A stretch of DNA of 64,000 nucleotides from Lama guanicoe (lineage: Eukaryota), in the NCBI GenBank assembly GCA_013239625.1, contig MU054391.1, forward strand, positions 62,001-126,000, given 5' to 3'. The notes under the pieces were generated by a model, which was not told where the DNA came from, ran no database searches, and worked only from the letters and a program-made list of their open reading frames with translations. This document shows positions 25,901 through 37,900 of this stretch, piece after piece. The position numbers and the translations under genes are program-made. Position 1 is the stretch's first letter. Each line of letters starts with the position of its first letter.

Positions 25901-28900
25901 GAGTAAAGCACCAGGCGTTAAGGCAGGGAGGGACAGACTTACTACTCTTCTGTGCAATGCAGTCAGGCTCATGGTCAGGGCTGCTCTTGACTGTCAGGCT
26001 TTAACCCCGAACCCAGGAGGGAAAGATAAACACCAGCTGCCAGTCTTTTCATTCGGTAACAAGCAGGCCTGGACAACACATTCTCTGGACTGGTTGCATT
26101 GACACTTTGTCTCTAAAGTCAGGAAATATCTTGCCTGTAATAAGGGACTGCCTTTTCAAATTAGACAATGCCCCCAGCCACCCAGAACCCCATGAGTTCA
26201 TGAGTTCAAGCGGTGTATGTGGCCCCAAACACAGTCTCTCATTCAGCCTCCAGATCAGGGGTCAAAAGGACCTTTTAGGCTCATTACACATGGTGATCTA
26301 TGGAAAGGACTGTCAACACTGTGGAAGAGAACCCCAAAGAGAGAGCATCATTACAGTCTGGAAGGATTACACTATCGAAGATGCCATATTCTTCTAGAAA
26401 AAGTCATGAAAGCCATCAAGCCTGAAGCAATTAATTCCTGCTGGAGAAAACCATTCTAGATGCTGTGCACGACTTCACAGGATTTACTACAGAGCCAGTC
26501 AAGGAAAGCATGAAAGACTGTGGATGTGGCAGGAAAGACAGGGTGTGTGTGTGTGTGTGTGTGTGAAGGGTTTCAAGATATGGATGTCGGAGACTTTCAA
26601 GAGCTAAGAGACCCCACACCAGAGGACTCAACAGAGGATGATTTGATGGAGACGGCACTCCGGAATCCGCGCCCGATGGCGAGGAAGGCGCAGAAGCAGC
26701 GGTGCCAGGAAACAGAACCAACACCAGACAACCTGGCAGAGGGCTGAGTATTTCCAACTGCTTCTTTACAACATGGACCCTTGTGCGATACGGCACAGAA
26801 GCTCAAGCCAACGGTGGAAAAGTGTTGGCACTGCACAGAAACAGTCTTAGAGAAACAAAAAAGCACAACGGCAGACAGAAATTATGATGTGTTTCCGTAA
26901 AGCTACACTGAGTGTACCTGTCTCTCCTGCCCCCTCCCACCTCCCCACCTCGCCACCTCTCACCCCCAAGTCAGCAGGATCCCCCTCCACCTCCTCCTCC
27001 TCAGCCTACTAAACGTGAAGATGAGACGGTGAAGACCTTCATTAGGATCCACTTCCACTTAATGAACAGTAAATAATTACCATGTTGTGCAGTTAATAAA
27101 CTTACCTGTTGTGCACGTGTGTCATCCTGTGAAAAATCTGATAACTGTATGAGACGGCTCTGTGTCACCATCACCCTCACCTAGAGCATCACGTGTGAGA
27201 CTCGTGTTGAAGTGGAGAGCCCATCCTCACACAGACACAAGGGGAGTCATAGCTAATATAAAGTTATGTGTTCATTTTCTCACTGTTTCATAACTTTGCT
27301 TCCAAAGAACTGCATTGCTGTACAGTATGCCCCCTACTCTCCCTCTCTGATAATCAGAGACTCTGTAACAGTCTATCATCAGAGGTAAGTGTTTTTTTTT
27401 AATGTAACAGTGTTTCCAACACTGTGTTATGAATATGACTGTAAAAGTATGCCCCTTAAAAATTTTACAACAACTCATTCATCAGGGTACAGGCTGGGCT
27501 AGGCACCATGAGGCGATCAATATTGCTGCTTTCTTATCAATCACTATACCTGCACATATGAATTTCTTTTTCACACTGTATGTTCACTTTTGGAGTCTGG
27601 TGTTAGTACCTGTAACATTTACAGTGCTTTGTATCCTCTAAGACAACACTGGTGCAGACGACGCACCGTGTAGATAGATGCCGTCAACGTTCGGTAATGA
27701 CACGTACAGCACAGCACTGTAAGTGCATTTTTTTCTTGCTTATGGTTTTCTTAACAATATTTTCTTTTTTCTAGCTTTCTAGTAAGAAGACAGTATGTAA
27801 CACATGTAACATACAAAATATGCGCTGATTGACGGTTCAGGTTATCGGTAAGGCTTCTGGCTAGCAGTGGGCTGTCAGTACAGTTTTAAGGGGGTCAAAA
27901 GTTATCTGCGGAACTTCGACTGCGTGGGGGGTTGCTGCCCTTACCCACAGAGTGTTTAAGGGTCCACTGTCCCTCCTTCCAGAGCCTGCAGTTGGTTTAC
28001 CTCAGGTGGCATCCCTTCTAGGAGGGAGTTCTTTAGGTGGGCTGTAAGTGAGACTCTGCGCCGTGCTGTCGGCGGCCATAGCCAGTGCCATTGTGCAAAC
28101 GTCAGTCCTCACGTGAAGCGGCACCCACTTGGATGTGTTGCTACTTACTGGTAACCGCTCTGCATGGAAAGCAGAATTCTAAGAGTGACTGTCATAAAAC
28201 TGGGTAATGGAGAGAGGGGTAAAGGCCAAAACCCTGGCGTTTCTAAATTTAGCCCATTTTAAAACTCCCTCATGAAACCCTGAGCTCCCAAGAACGTATG
28301 GTAAAATTAATATTCAGAAATATAACTCTAAGGATATACAAGGAAAATAGGCTTACTTTGTTTATGTTTCAAATCTGGAGGATAGCTGTGTTTGGAAGAA
28401 ATGACAAACAAATGAAAGAAAAACTTCAGAAGTAAATCTGTCAATTGGAAGAAGCATGTTCTGAATGAGAACAGAGGTTTTTACAAAGTACAGGAATGAG
28501 AATTTGCTTCGTGTATTTAGAAGAGGCTGAACATTCATTTTTCTCTCGTTAACACTCATTTGTTCTTTCATTTGACTCTAAAGCTATCACTTTACAGTTA
28601 TTAATAAATGTAGCTTGATTTTAGATAATATTTCATGATTGATTGATTATTAATTTGAATTTCAACAGAAGTATTTACTTTGTGAGGCAGAGTTTGGCTG
28701 GACTGGCGCAGACAGCTGCTGTGGTCTTGGCAATGGTTTTGGAGGCAGTTCTTTAGCCTGAGAAGAACAACAACAAAAAGTGCATGACTTTAAAACCCCG
28801 TTTTTACTCAGGAGCATATAAGGCTCTTTGTCCTAATGAGCGTACGTGGCGAATTCTATCCTCCACACTTTCTCCCAAAGGTCATGAGCTCCTGGGCCGC

Positions 28901-31900
28901 GTTCGGTTGAACTGCGGCAGGGGTGCCTGTCTGTGCTGGAGCTTCCTCATCCCGGCACCTCTGACCCCCAGGGAGGTGGGGCATCAGTGGGGAAAGGCAG
29001 CAGTGACTTCAGCTCTGTCGTTTTCATTCTGTGCTGTGGACCCAGCCCCTCCGGCAGGGGTGTGAACCAGGTGAGCTCTGCAAGCCCCAGATGTCAGCAG
29101 CTATTGGTAGCGTTATTAACTAACGTTACAAAGCACTAACCGTGCAGAAATGCAATCACGGAAAACCATGTTCCTCCTTGAAACTTGTAGAGCTGACTGT
29201 CAAGGCTGTTTGATACTTTCACAAGAACTTTATGTAAATGAAACTGCAAGGGAAGTTAGTGGGTTATTAGGAACCTGGTGTCAAGGACAAAATGCTCCAT
29301 CCACATAATGGGATTGCTTTTCTGTGACTACTGAGAAGAAACAGAACTGAGCCTTACAGAAGCCCTCCTCTGCTCCCGGGCTGCTTTCCTGGCGTTGGCC
29401 CGTTGTCCTTCAGTCTCATACTTCTCAGTAAAGGAATCAAGAATTCCATAAAGATCTTCTGCTTGAGCAGGCCGTGGTATATCTCCAAATAAAATGTCAT
29501 TAGCTCTAATATCTTGACAGTAGAATCTAATAAGAAACATCGTATTAAGAACATTTCTTTTACAGACATCAATCTTTTCTAGCGTTAAACGTAGGACACA
29601 CATCTGTGTGTGATTTACTCATGCATAGAACTTTGTATATGCTACTTTTCGAACCCTAACTACAAGCCATAACCCATGTTAAGCCCCTAAATTCACCCTC
29701 CACGTGCAACTCTAGAGGCAGCCACCATAAATGGTCTGACAGGCACATCCATCCTCCAGTAATACAAAAGCACATCATATATGCATGCCCTTACACATAA
29801 ACACATACATATAACACATACATAAACATATATAATAAACATGTATAAGTATGTATAGAAACACAGGTGAACATATGCCCACAAGCACATACACTTTTAT
29901 ATGTTTTCACTTTTTAAATTTCTTATAAAAATGGTGTCAACATATATGGCTTTGCAATTTCCTTACAATGCTTACTTGTATCGGGACTATCTAAGGAGCT
30001 GCCTTGCATGTCCGGAAGACCTGCAGGGGGCTAAGAGGTACGTCTGTCTTAGATCACCCAGGGTTCAGGTGAACGTTGTGGGAAAGTCTTCCGAAGGCCT
30101 AGAATCGCGAATCTCTAAAAGCATTCCTAACTTGAATGTCTCGAATTAGTAAAACCAGAAGTGAGAGCATTTCTCCTGCCTTTGCAAGACGCAGAGCTCT
30201 GCAAACTCTACTCTCCCATCCCCGCGTCTGCTGGTGGCTGAGGTTTGCACTGAACGTCATCGGCGTGCCCTGGACTCCAGACTCCAGGTGAACGGGCTTG
30301 GGCGCTCTGGACGCGGCTCCGTCTGTTGCAGGCAGCAGACGCCTGTCCAGCACCAGCGGTCTGGCGCTCTCAGGGTCGTGGCTAGTGGGCTTCCTGCCAG
30401 GTTTCAGAAGTTGTCCTGTCAGTCAGCTTTTAAGCTTTTTCTGGGCAATCAGACATATTTCAGTGGAAATTTAGAAGAGCCGTTTTGGGAAAAATTAGCC
30501 AGATGCCAGTTTACAGTGGAAGTTCCTCTTCGCCAGCTAGGACATTTTCAAGAAAATTTTTTTAACAAAATTTGTTTCTGTCTTACCAAGGAAAGACAGA
30601 GGCCAAGCGTAATAGTAGGAACCCTCCCTCAACGAGGAACACTGCTCTTCTACGTCACGCAGATGGCTTCTTTCCTTAAACCTCAGGAACCAAACTCTGC
30701 TACCTGCTGTCGACTGAAATAAACGCACAACCTAAAAGCTGAGAGTTAAGTTTTATTCGGTGGACAATTCTGAGGACTCAGCCCGGGATGACAGCCTCTC
30801 AGATGGCTCTGAGGGGCTGCTCTGAAGAGGCAGAGGAGGGGCTAGGATATAGAGAAGCTTTACAACAAAGACCAGGTAGTTGGAACAATAAAAGATTACT
30901 TGTTAACTAAAGAAAATCAGGCATCTCAAGTTAAAGAATTTAGTGCTTTTCTGTGTATGGGAGGGAGCAAACATTTGGGCTCATTGAATTCATCCCTTTG
31001 ACAAGCACCTAGCCATCTAGGGCCAGTATCCTGTCCCTTCTTATTCTGAGTCCCCTCAGAGGGCACCACTGTGAGTGGCTGCACAGGCTGGGCTGCAGGC
31101 TTGTCTTCCCTGGGGGGTGGCGGCAGCAGCTGATGACTTGACGGCTTCAGCATTCTTTGTTTACTGATATAGCTTGCAGTATTTTTCATCCACACTGCAA
31201 ATTTTCTTTCTGTAGCTTCCTCACCTCTCAGCCTTCACAGAATCGAAGAGCGTGAGGGTCTGGGTCTGGATCAGGCTTTTTAAAGAGCACGTTACAGTTG
31301 ATTTGATCTTGATTCAGACCACTCAAACTTTCTCCACATCAGCAGTAAGGCTGTTTCTCTTTCTTATCACCTGTGCGCTCACTGGAGCAGCGCATGTAAC
31401 CTCCTTCAGGAACGTTCCCTTTGCTTTTGCAGCGTGGCTCTCAGTCTGATGCAAGAGGCCCAGCTTTCAGCTCGCCTCAGCTTTTCGGTGTGTCGTCCTC
31501 ACCGAGCTCAGTTTTTTCTAGCTTTTGATTTAAAGTGAGAGACACACTCTTCCTTTCACTTGAAGGCTTAGAGGCCATTATAGGGTCATTAATTTCAATG
31601 TTGTGTCTCAGGGGACAGGGAGGCCCCCGGAGAGGGAATGAGAGTGGGGCACGGGGGGTGGGGGTGGAGGACAGCTGGTCAGGCGAGCAGCCAGGATTCA
31701 CAGCATTTAAGTTCTCCATCTTTTGTGGGCGAAGTTCCTGTAGCCCAAAACAATCATAATAGTAACGTCAATGGCCACTGATCACAGATCATCACAGCAT
31801 ATGTAATAGTGAAAAAGTTGAAGTAGTGCAAGAATTACCACAATGTGACACAGAGACACAAAGTGAGCAAAAGTGGTTGGAAAACTGTTGCCGACAGATG

Positions 31901-34900
31901 TGCTGTGCACAGGGTGGCCCCAGTCCTTCTGCCTATAAACAAGGCCGTGTCTGTGAAGCCAGCATAAGGAGGTCTGCCTAGGCAGGGTCCTGCACGCACC
32001 CTTCAGAATGATACGAGTCCACCAAGTACCATCTGCTCACCACACACTCTTCCAATCGATGAGCATTCTCTGCCTCGCACTTACTTTCGATTAGTTTCTT
32101 TCCTCTCAATCAAGCAGCTACCTTCTAAAGATATGCCAGCAAAGAGGCCTCGAGATTTGCAGTAAGTAAAGACAGCAGCTGAGCTTCTTAGCGAGACATT
32201 TCCTTCTAAATTCCTGCAAAACAGAAGGCCATGCATCACAGAGCACTTGCACTGAAAGCTGGCTGCCCAGACCACGCTTCTGACCCGAAAGAAAGACCTT
32301 GCTCTGTGCTTACTCCAGTGCTTCCATGTATTTTGCTTCCTGCTGGTCTAAGCTAGGCATGTTCAAAGCAGTCCTGGCAAGGACATGGTACGTAAGATGT
32401 GCAGAGGTGTGTGGCGCTGCAGAGGACACGTGCGCAGCTGGTGTTTTCCAGCCTTGTCTTCCCTCCCCAAACAGGGAGACGCGTCTCAAGAATCATGGGC
32501 TGTGTTTCTCTCTACAACTAGTGTTTGCATGCAACTTAGGAACATTTTTAGATGATTTCACTGTGTAACTTCTGTAAATAGTCTCAGTTTAAAATATTTA
32601 ATTGCTCAATTAACCCAAGACTAGTTCTTCATTAACAGAGAAGGAAGATGCACTGTAAGTATCGTAAACATCACTTGAGTAAAACACTTCCATTCCAATT
32701 TTTCACAATTTAGTTTGAGAAATAGCTTTCTCTCCTGATGAATGCTGCCCTTTCTCAGTTGTTTAAAATTGACTCAGCTCCTTCAAAGCTCGAAGGTAAA
32801 TTTTATGTTCAATTCCAATAGATACAACAGCTTGCATTTCTGAAATATTTAGTTTCTGTTTTGCATGTGCTAGTTTCAAATCTTCTCATTTGATCACACT
32901 GGCTGTGTTTTGTAAATTTCTTATTTGGAAGCTACCTCAAACAAACTAAATTATAAATTTGCTTCATTTTAATTCACGCTTTCTCTTAATGCAAAACAAT
33001 ACTGTGAAGCCTTTACTGCCCAACACTGTGCAGAGAGCATTTCATGCACTCACCGTCCCAAGGGCCCAACCGCCACAGTAAAATTCCCTCCGAGTGTCAG
33101 GTTGCCGCCCTTTGCAAAGGCTTCTACTGCTCGGTCGTAGTTCAGAATTATCACCAAGTCTGACACCTGAAACATAAAGACTCACTTATTTTAATATAAT
33201 TATGTCTAAATATCATATAAAATGTATGTCAGTTAAACTCAAACATATTCTATGTAACGTAGCAAGACAATGCAGACAGAGAAAGGATATGAAAGAGGAG
33301 TCACGTTTTGCTGTTAGCTGAGGGTTAAGGGGCTGCATTCACAGGTACTTAGACAAACGCGTCTGCTGGTCACCACCCACCACGCACAGGCCTTGGGTTT
33401 ATGGGCACCTGCACTGTCTTCTCACTGGCCTGTAATGGCGTGGTGACCACGGTTTATGAGGTTGGCAGACCGTCCCAGACACAACTGGAACAGGTCAGGC
33501 ACAGCCACACGGGAAAGAGCAAAGGCGCCTCCTCACAGTAAACACTTCAGGAAAGAGACACTGAAGGATACAGAATGAGGAGCACGGTCATAAGGTCAAA
33601 GGCCAGTGGGGATACAGCTCCTAGGACGGTTCCATACAGATGTCCCTGGCAACATCTGTGCAAGTCCATGCGTCCACCACTGGGAAAATGTACACGTTGT
33701 AGGTCACAGACATTCAAATATCAGGGAGAAGATTAGTCACCGTTAGGTATGACTATCGCCATGGCTTAATTCTTTAAGTAAAAGCAAAACCAGAATGAGG
33801 GAGGGCTCCTGGGGAAGGCGTGTTCTCCAAACTCCCCGGGGCCGTGGCAGAACCATGGTAAGGATGGAGCAGTCACCACCCACCAGGCAAGAGGCACCCA
33901 CCCACCAGCCGGGTCCTTGGGTGACAGAGGCCCGAGTTTCCACCCCAGGTCCTCTTCTCAACATAGGCTTTCTGGGGCACGTTGGCTCTCTGGCTTCTCC
34001 ATATTTAAAGTCCACATAACAGGACCTGCCCCACTGAACTACTTCTGCTTCTCGCACATAGTGTGACCTTGGGCAAATGAGCGAGCAGCTCAAAGCCTCG
34101 GCCTCCTTCTCTGCAAAATGGGTGTAATAATAGCAACCACATGTATCAGTGTATACATATTCACATACACACGTGTGTATACGTGTGTATACATGTGTCT
34201 ACGTATGCACACAGATACAAGCATGTCTGAAGGCTGAGCTGAAATCATTGTAAGGCCTGGCATGTTCAGCGCATTTCTCTAAGTCGGCAGAGGCCAAACA
34301 CATTGGTTTATTTACATTGTTCTTTAAATTTTTGTAAGTGTTTTAAAATCGATGTTTTCGTCTAACAGAAGAAGCGACTGTCCTTGGAGGATTCCTGATA
34401 CAGTTTAATCTGAGTCACTTTATGGAGAAACACACTCCAGTTCCAGCTAATTGACCCATGAAAATACTTCTCCATGACTCATGTCAATTGTTATTTTCAT
34501 TTCATACATGGACGATTTTTAAGGATCATGGTGCTTAATGATATAGAATTATTTAGCATTTCTTAAGCAAAGTTAAGCAATTTTGCCAATGATTGTATAA
34601 CCAAGTCTTAAATACTTCTAAAAATAACATATATGAATAAAGCGTAAAGGTTGGCACGTCCACACTCGGAAGTATAAATCTCCAGCCGTGACCCTGCAGG
34701 CACTCGGGCTGTCATGGCCCCTCTGCTCGGTGTATCTCAGTAAAGTAAGCAAACAATCAATCCTTTGCTCTTCTGTCCAATCTCAATTCAGTTCTCCTGA
34801 AGGAAGAGTATGATGGTCCTGTGCTCTTTGGTGACACAACTACAGACAAAGAACCAGGTCAAAAGGCCCCCGGAGGGTTTGAAGAGGAGCAGCAGTGCCG

Positions 34901-37900
34901 ACGGCTCTAGGCTTGTCTCCACAGCGTGGAGTAGAAAGCAGAACCGATTTCCTGGGAGAAGATGGGGGCAGCGGAGCGGGTGGACAGGATGTGACAGACA
35001 TTTGAGAATCTGATGGGGGCTTCTTAAGAAGTTTGCATTGCGATACAACTAACAATAAATAAGACGCGAATTTTACAATTAAATCCAATTCTTAAGCTAA
35101 GAATTTACAAAACACAACTACTCTGCAGGAAAAGCTGGGGAGACGTGCTCTCAGGAGCCGCAGGCCTCCTCCTGACGCCCTGTTCTGGCACGGCGCTGCC
35201 CTGTCTCCCTCCAGCGTGTTGGCCCCTTCAAGCCCTCGCGCTGAGCCCCGTGCCGTCACCCTGCGCTGAGCTGACAGCCCACAAGCCCCACAGCCGGGCC
35301 GCCTGGAGAGAAGGCCCGCGCCTCCTGCCTTCGGTTCTCGTGGGGCCTGCCCCACCCCTCGCGCTCTGCGGAAGCTGAGGGTCTTCTTTCCTGTCCTCAC
35401 AAGCCGTTCTGCCCGGAGTCAGCCCCCTCCCCAGAAAGCCCCGTCGTGTGGTGCTGACAGTCACACCCCGGCACGCAGCATCCCCAGTAGCAACCTCTGC
35501 CCAACCCTGAGGGCCCCCCTCCACCCCGCACACCAACCTCAGGGGCTTAGAAACCGAACTCTAGTCTCTAACAGTGGCCCCTCAGTGTGAGCCTAGATGC
35601 CGTCCTCATCATTGAGGTAAAAGAGTTTATGCGAATTCTTCCGGAAAGAGCCGAGTCACTTTCCTCAAGTCATAGTCTTGGGTGAAAGTGAGGTGGGCCA
35701 GACTTGACGGCCCATGTGGGCTCTGGCTTGTGACGTCCAGCGAACCACTGGGCAGTCCAGGGCATCAGGGCTTTCAGGGCTTTGGGCTCTGCTATAACTG
35801 CCCTGAAAGAAAACATTAACAATGTTTAAACCAAGTCTTAGGTTACCTTTCCCTCCTCCGTGGACTTGTACGTGTTTTGTTTGTTGTCGTTTTTGCTTTT
35901 GGTGTGTGTGTGAGTTACACAACCTTGGGAATTCTCAGCAGTCCTCATAACTGGACCAGTGCCATAGTCTATATCTAACTAACGTCTGAGCTGATGAAGG
36001 CCAACAGGTCTTGTCAAAAAAGGATACAGCCCCTAACTTGACACCTTCGGAACCGAACCTGTTCTAGGTTCCAAAGCAGAGCCTGAATCTAGAGTCCTGG
36101 TGATCAGACCCACATCTCACATGTCCTGAAGATGTGCCCATCTGTGGGAGCAGCATGGTGGGTGGAAGCTCACTGGGTATCCAGACACAGGAGAGGGTTT
36201 GGCCCCACCACTGTGGGCACTGCTGGCTCCCCAGCCTCTGTGTGACAGTGGTGAGAGTGGCTGTCCCCAGATGCCACTCCCTTGCCTCTGTTTTGGACCT
36301 GCCTTCTCCTCCTGTCATCACACCAGGGCAAGTTTGGACCTTGTTTGGACCCTTCAGCTTCTCTGTCCTGCACCCCTTATAGTATTTCTCCTGAGGACAT
36401 TTGCTCAGGAAATCATGTGCACCCAGACCCCTGTCTCAGGCTCCGTCTCTAGGGAGCCCAGTTAGAGACAACCACACGCCACCTGTGTGATCCTTGGCAA
36501 GACACTTCATGTCTGTGTCCTGAAAACAACTGCCTGCGCCTTCCTCCCTCATACAGGCCCTAAAATCCATAGCGTGTTACACAGATGGAAGTTACAGCTA
36601 GGACCAGCCGGTGCACTAGAAGTGAGGAGATGTGAGGTGTGCTCTCCATGAAGCACCTGCAGAACCAAGAATACATACCTCAGCTTCTCAGAGCCTTCTT
36701 GGCACCTGCGCAGGGAGGCCCAGACAAGACGCCCTATAAGGGAAACAGCACCCAGTGCTGCCAATGACCCCCTGGCTGGGTGTGGGACCAGGGCCTCCTG
36801 TGAGTGACCAGCCTGTCACCTTGGCTGCCTGGTACTGGAGCAGCTCTGTGACTCAGCAGCTAATCCACAGAACGAGGGTGCAGAGAACCACCCTCCACGG
36901 CCGTGGTGTGGAACTGATGCTCTAAGAATATACGTCCAAGTTTTATGGAAACATTGGCTATTACGGCTCATTATTCCATTCTAAAACAGGGTGGCAGACA
37001 GTTACATTATTTGACAAACGTTGAACAGTCTGCACCAGGGATGCCAGTGCTTTCTGCGTGCATGGCGACCTTGCGTGGTCATGGAGCCACTCACGTCGTC
37101 TCCCAGATACAGAGGCAGATTATCCTGTGTGTCTACCTGGCCGGTCTGTGGATGTAGGGATGGAGGACACACGGGCTAGGTAAGGGCCAGATGAGAAAAC
37201 CCGCAGGCTGGTGCCGCTGTCCAGCCCTCCGTCCAGTTTGGAGCAAGTGTCTGGAGGAAGAGGAAGGCCCACAAGGAGCCTGATCTGCCGGCTGCTGCAG
37301 GCGGTTTCCCTCCTTAGAGGAGGATGCCGTGTCTCTGCTGCCCTGCGTCTCTGGGGCTGCCGCACCTGTCGGAGCCCGAGCAGGTGGACGAGACCACCGA
37401 TGGTGGATGCTCCCGCCACGTGGCCTGCAGACTCCCCGCCTCCCCACGCAGCCTGACACAGCAGGCAGAGCCCTGTGCACGCTCACGGGGCCCCAGCACA
37501 CACACTGGAAGGGACCGACCACAGCACACATGGCACTAGAGGACGTGTCTGTGGGTCTCAGGGGGCCAGTCAGGCCATGTTCAAGAGGCACAAAGCAGGG
37601 TCTCCAGCCCCGAGGACAGTCTTCTAATCTCCACTTGAAATGGATATTTTAAAAAGTCATCTTCTATGTAAGGTGTTTAAATGGAACTCCAGAGTTATGA
37701 GGGTAAGTTAGCATTCAAAGTTCCCACATATGGCAAATATAAATAAGCATTGAGAAGATAAAGATCTTAACGGTAAAAATTCCAATAGCTTATGTCACTC
37801 TGAGTGTTTTTCATGTATAAACTCATTCAGTTAATAAGCCCAGAGGGAAGGCTACCTCATCTCCCCTTGGAGGTGAAGAAGCTAAGGGCAGAGGGGAGAG

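Noticed and set aside
25615..26890. Domesticated Tigger transposase (TIGD-like) gene
   Set aside because: Multiple frameshifts and stops, an internal microsatellite and a missing N-terminus.
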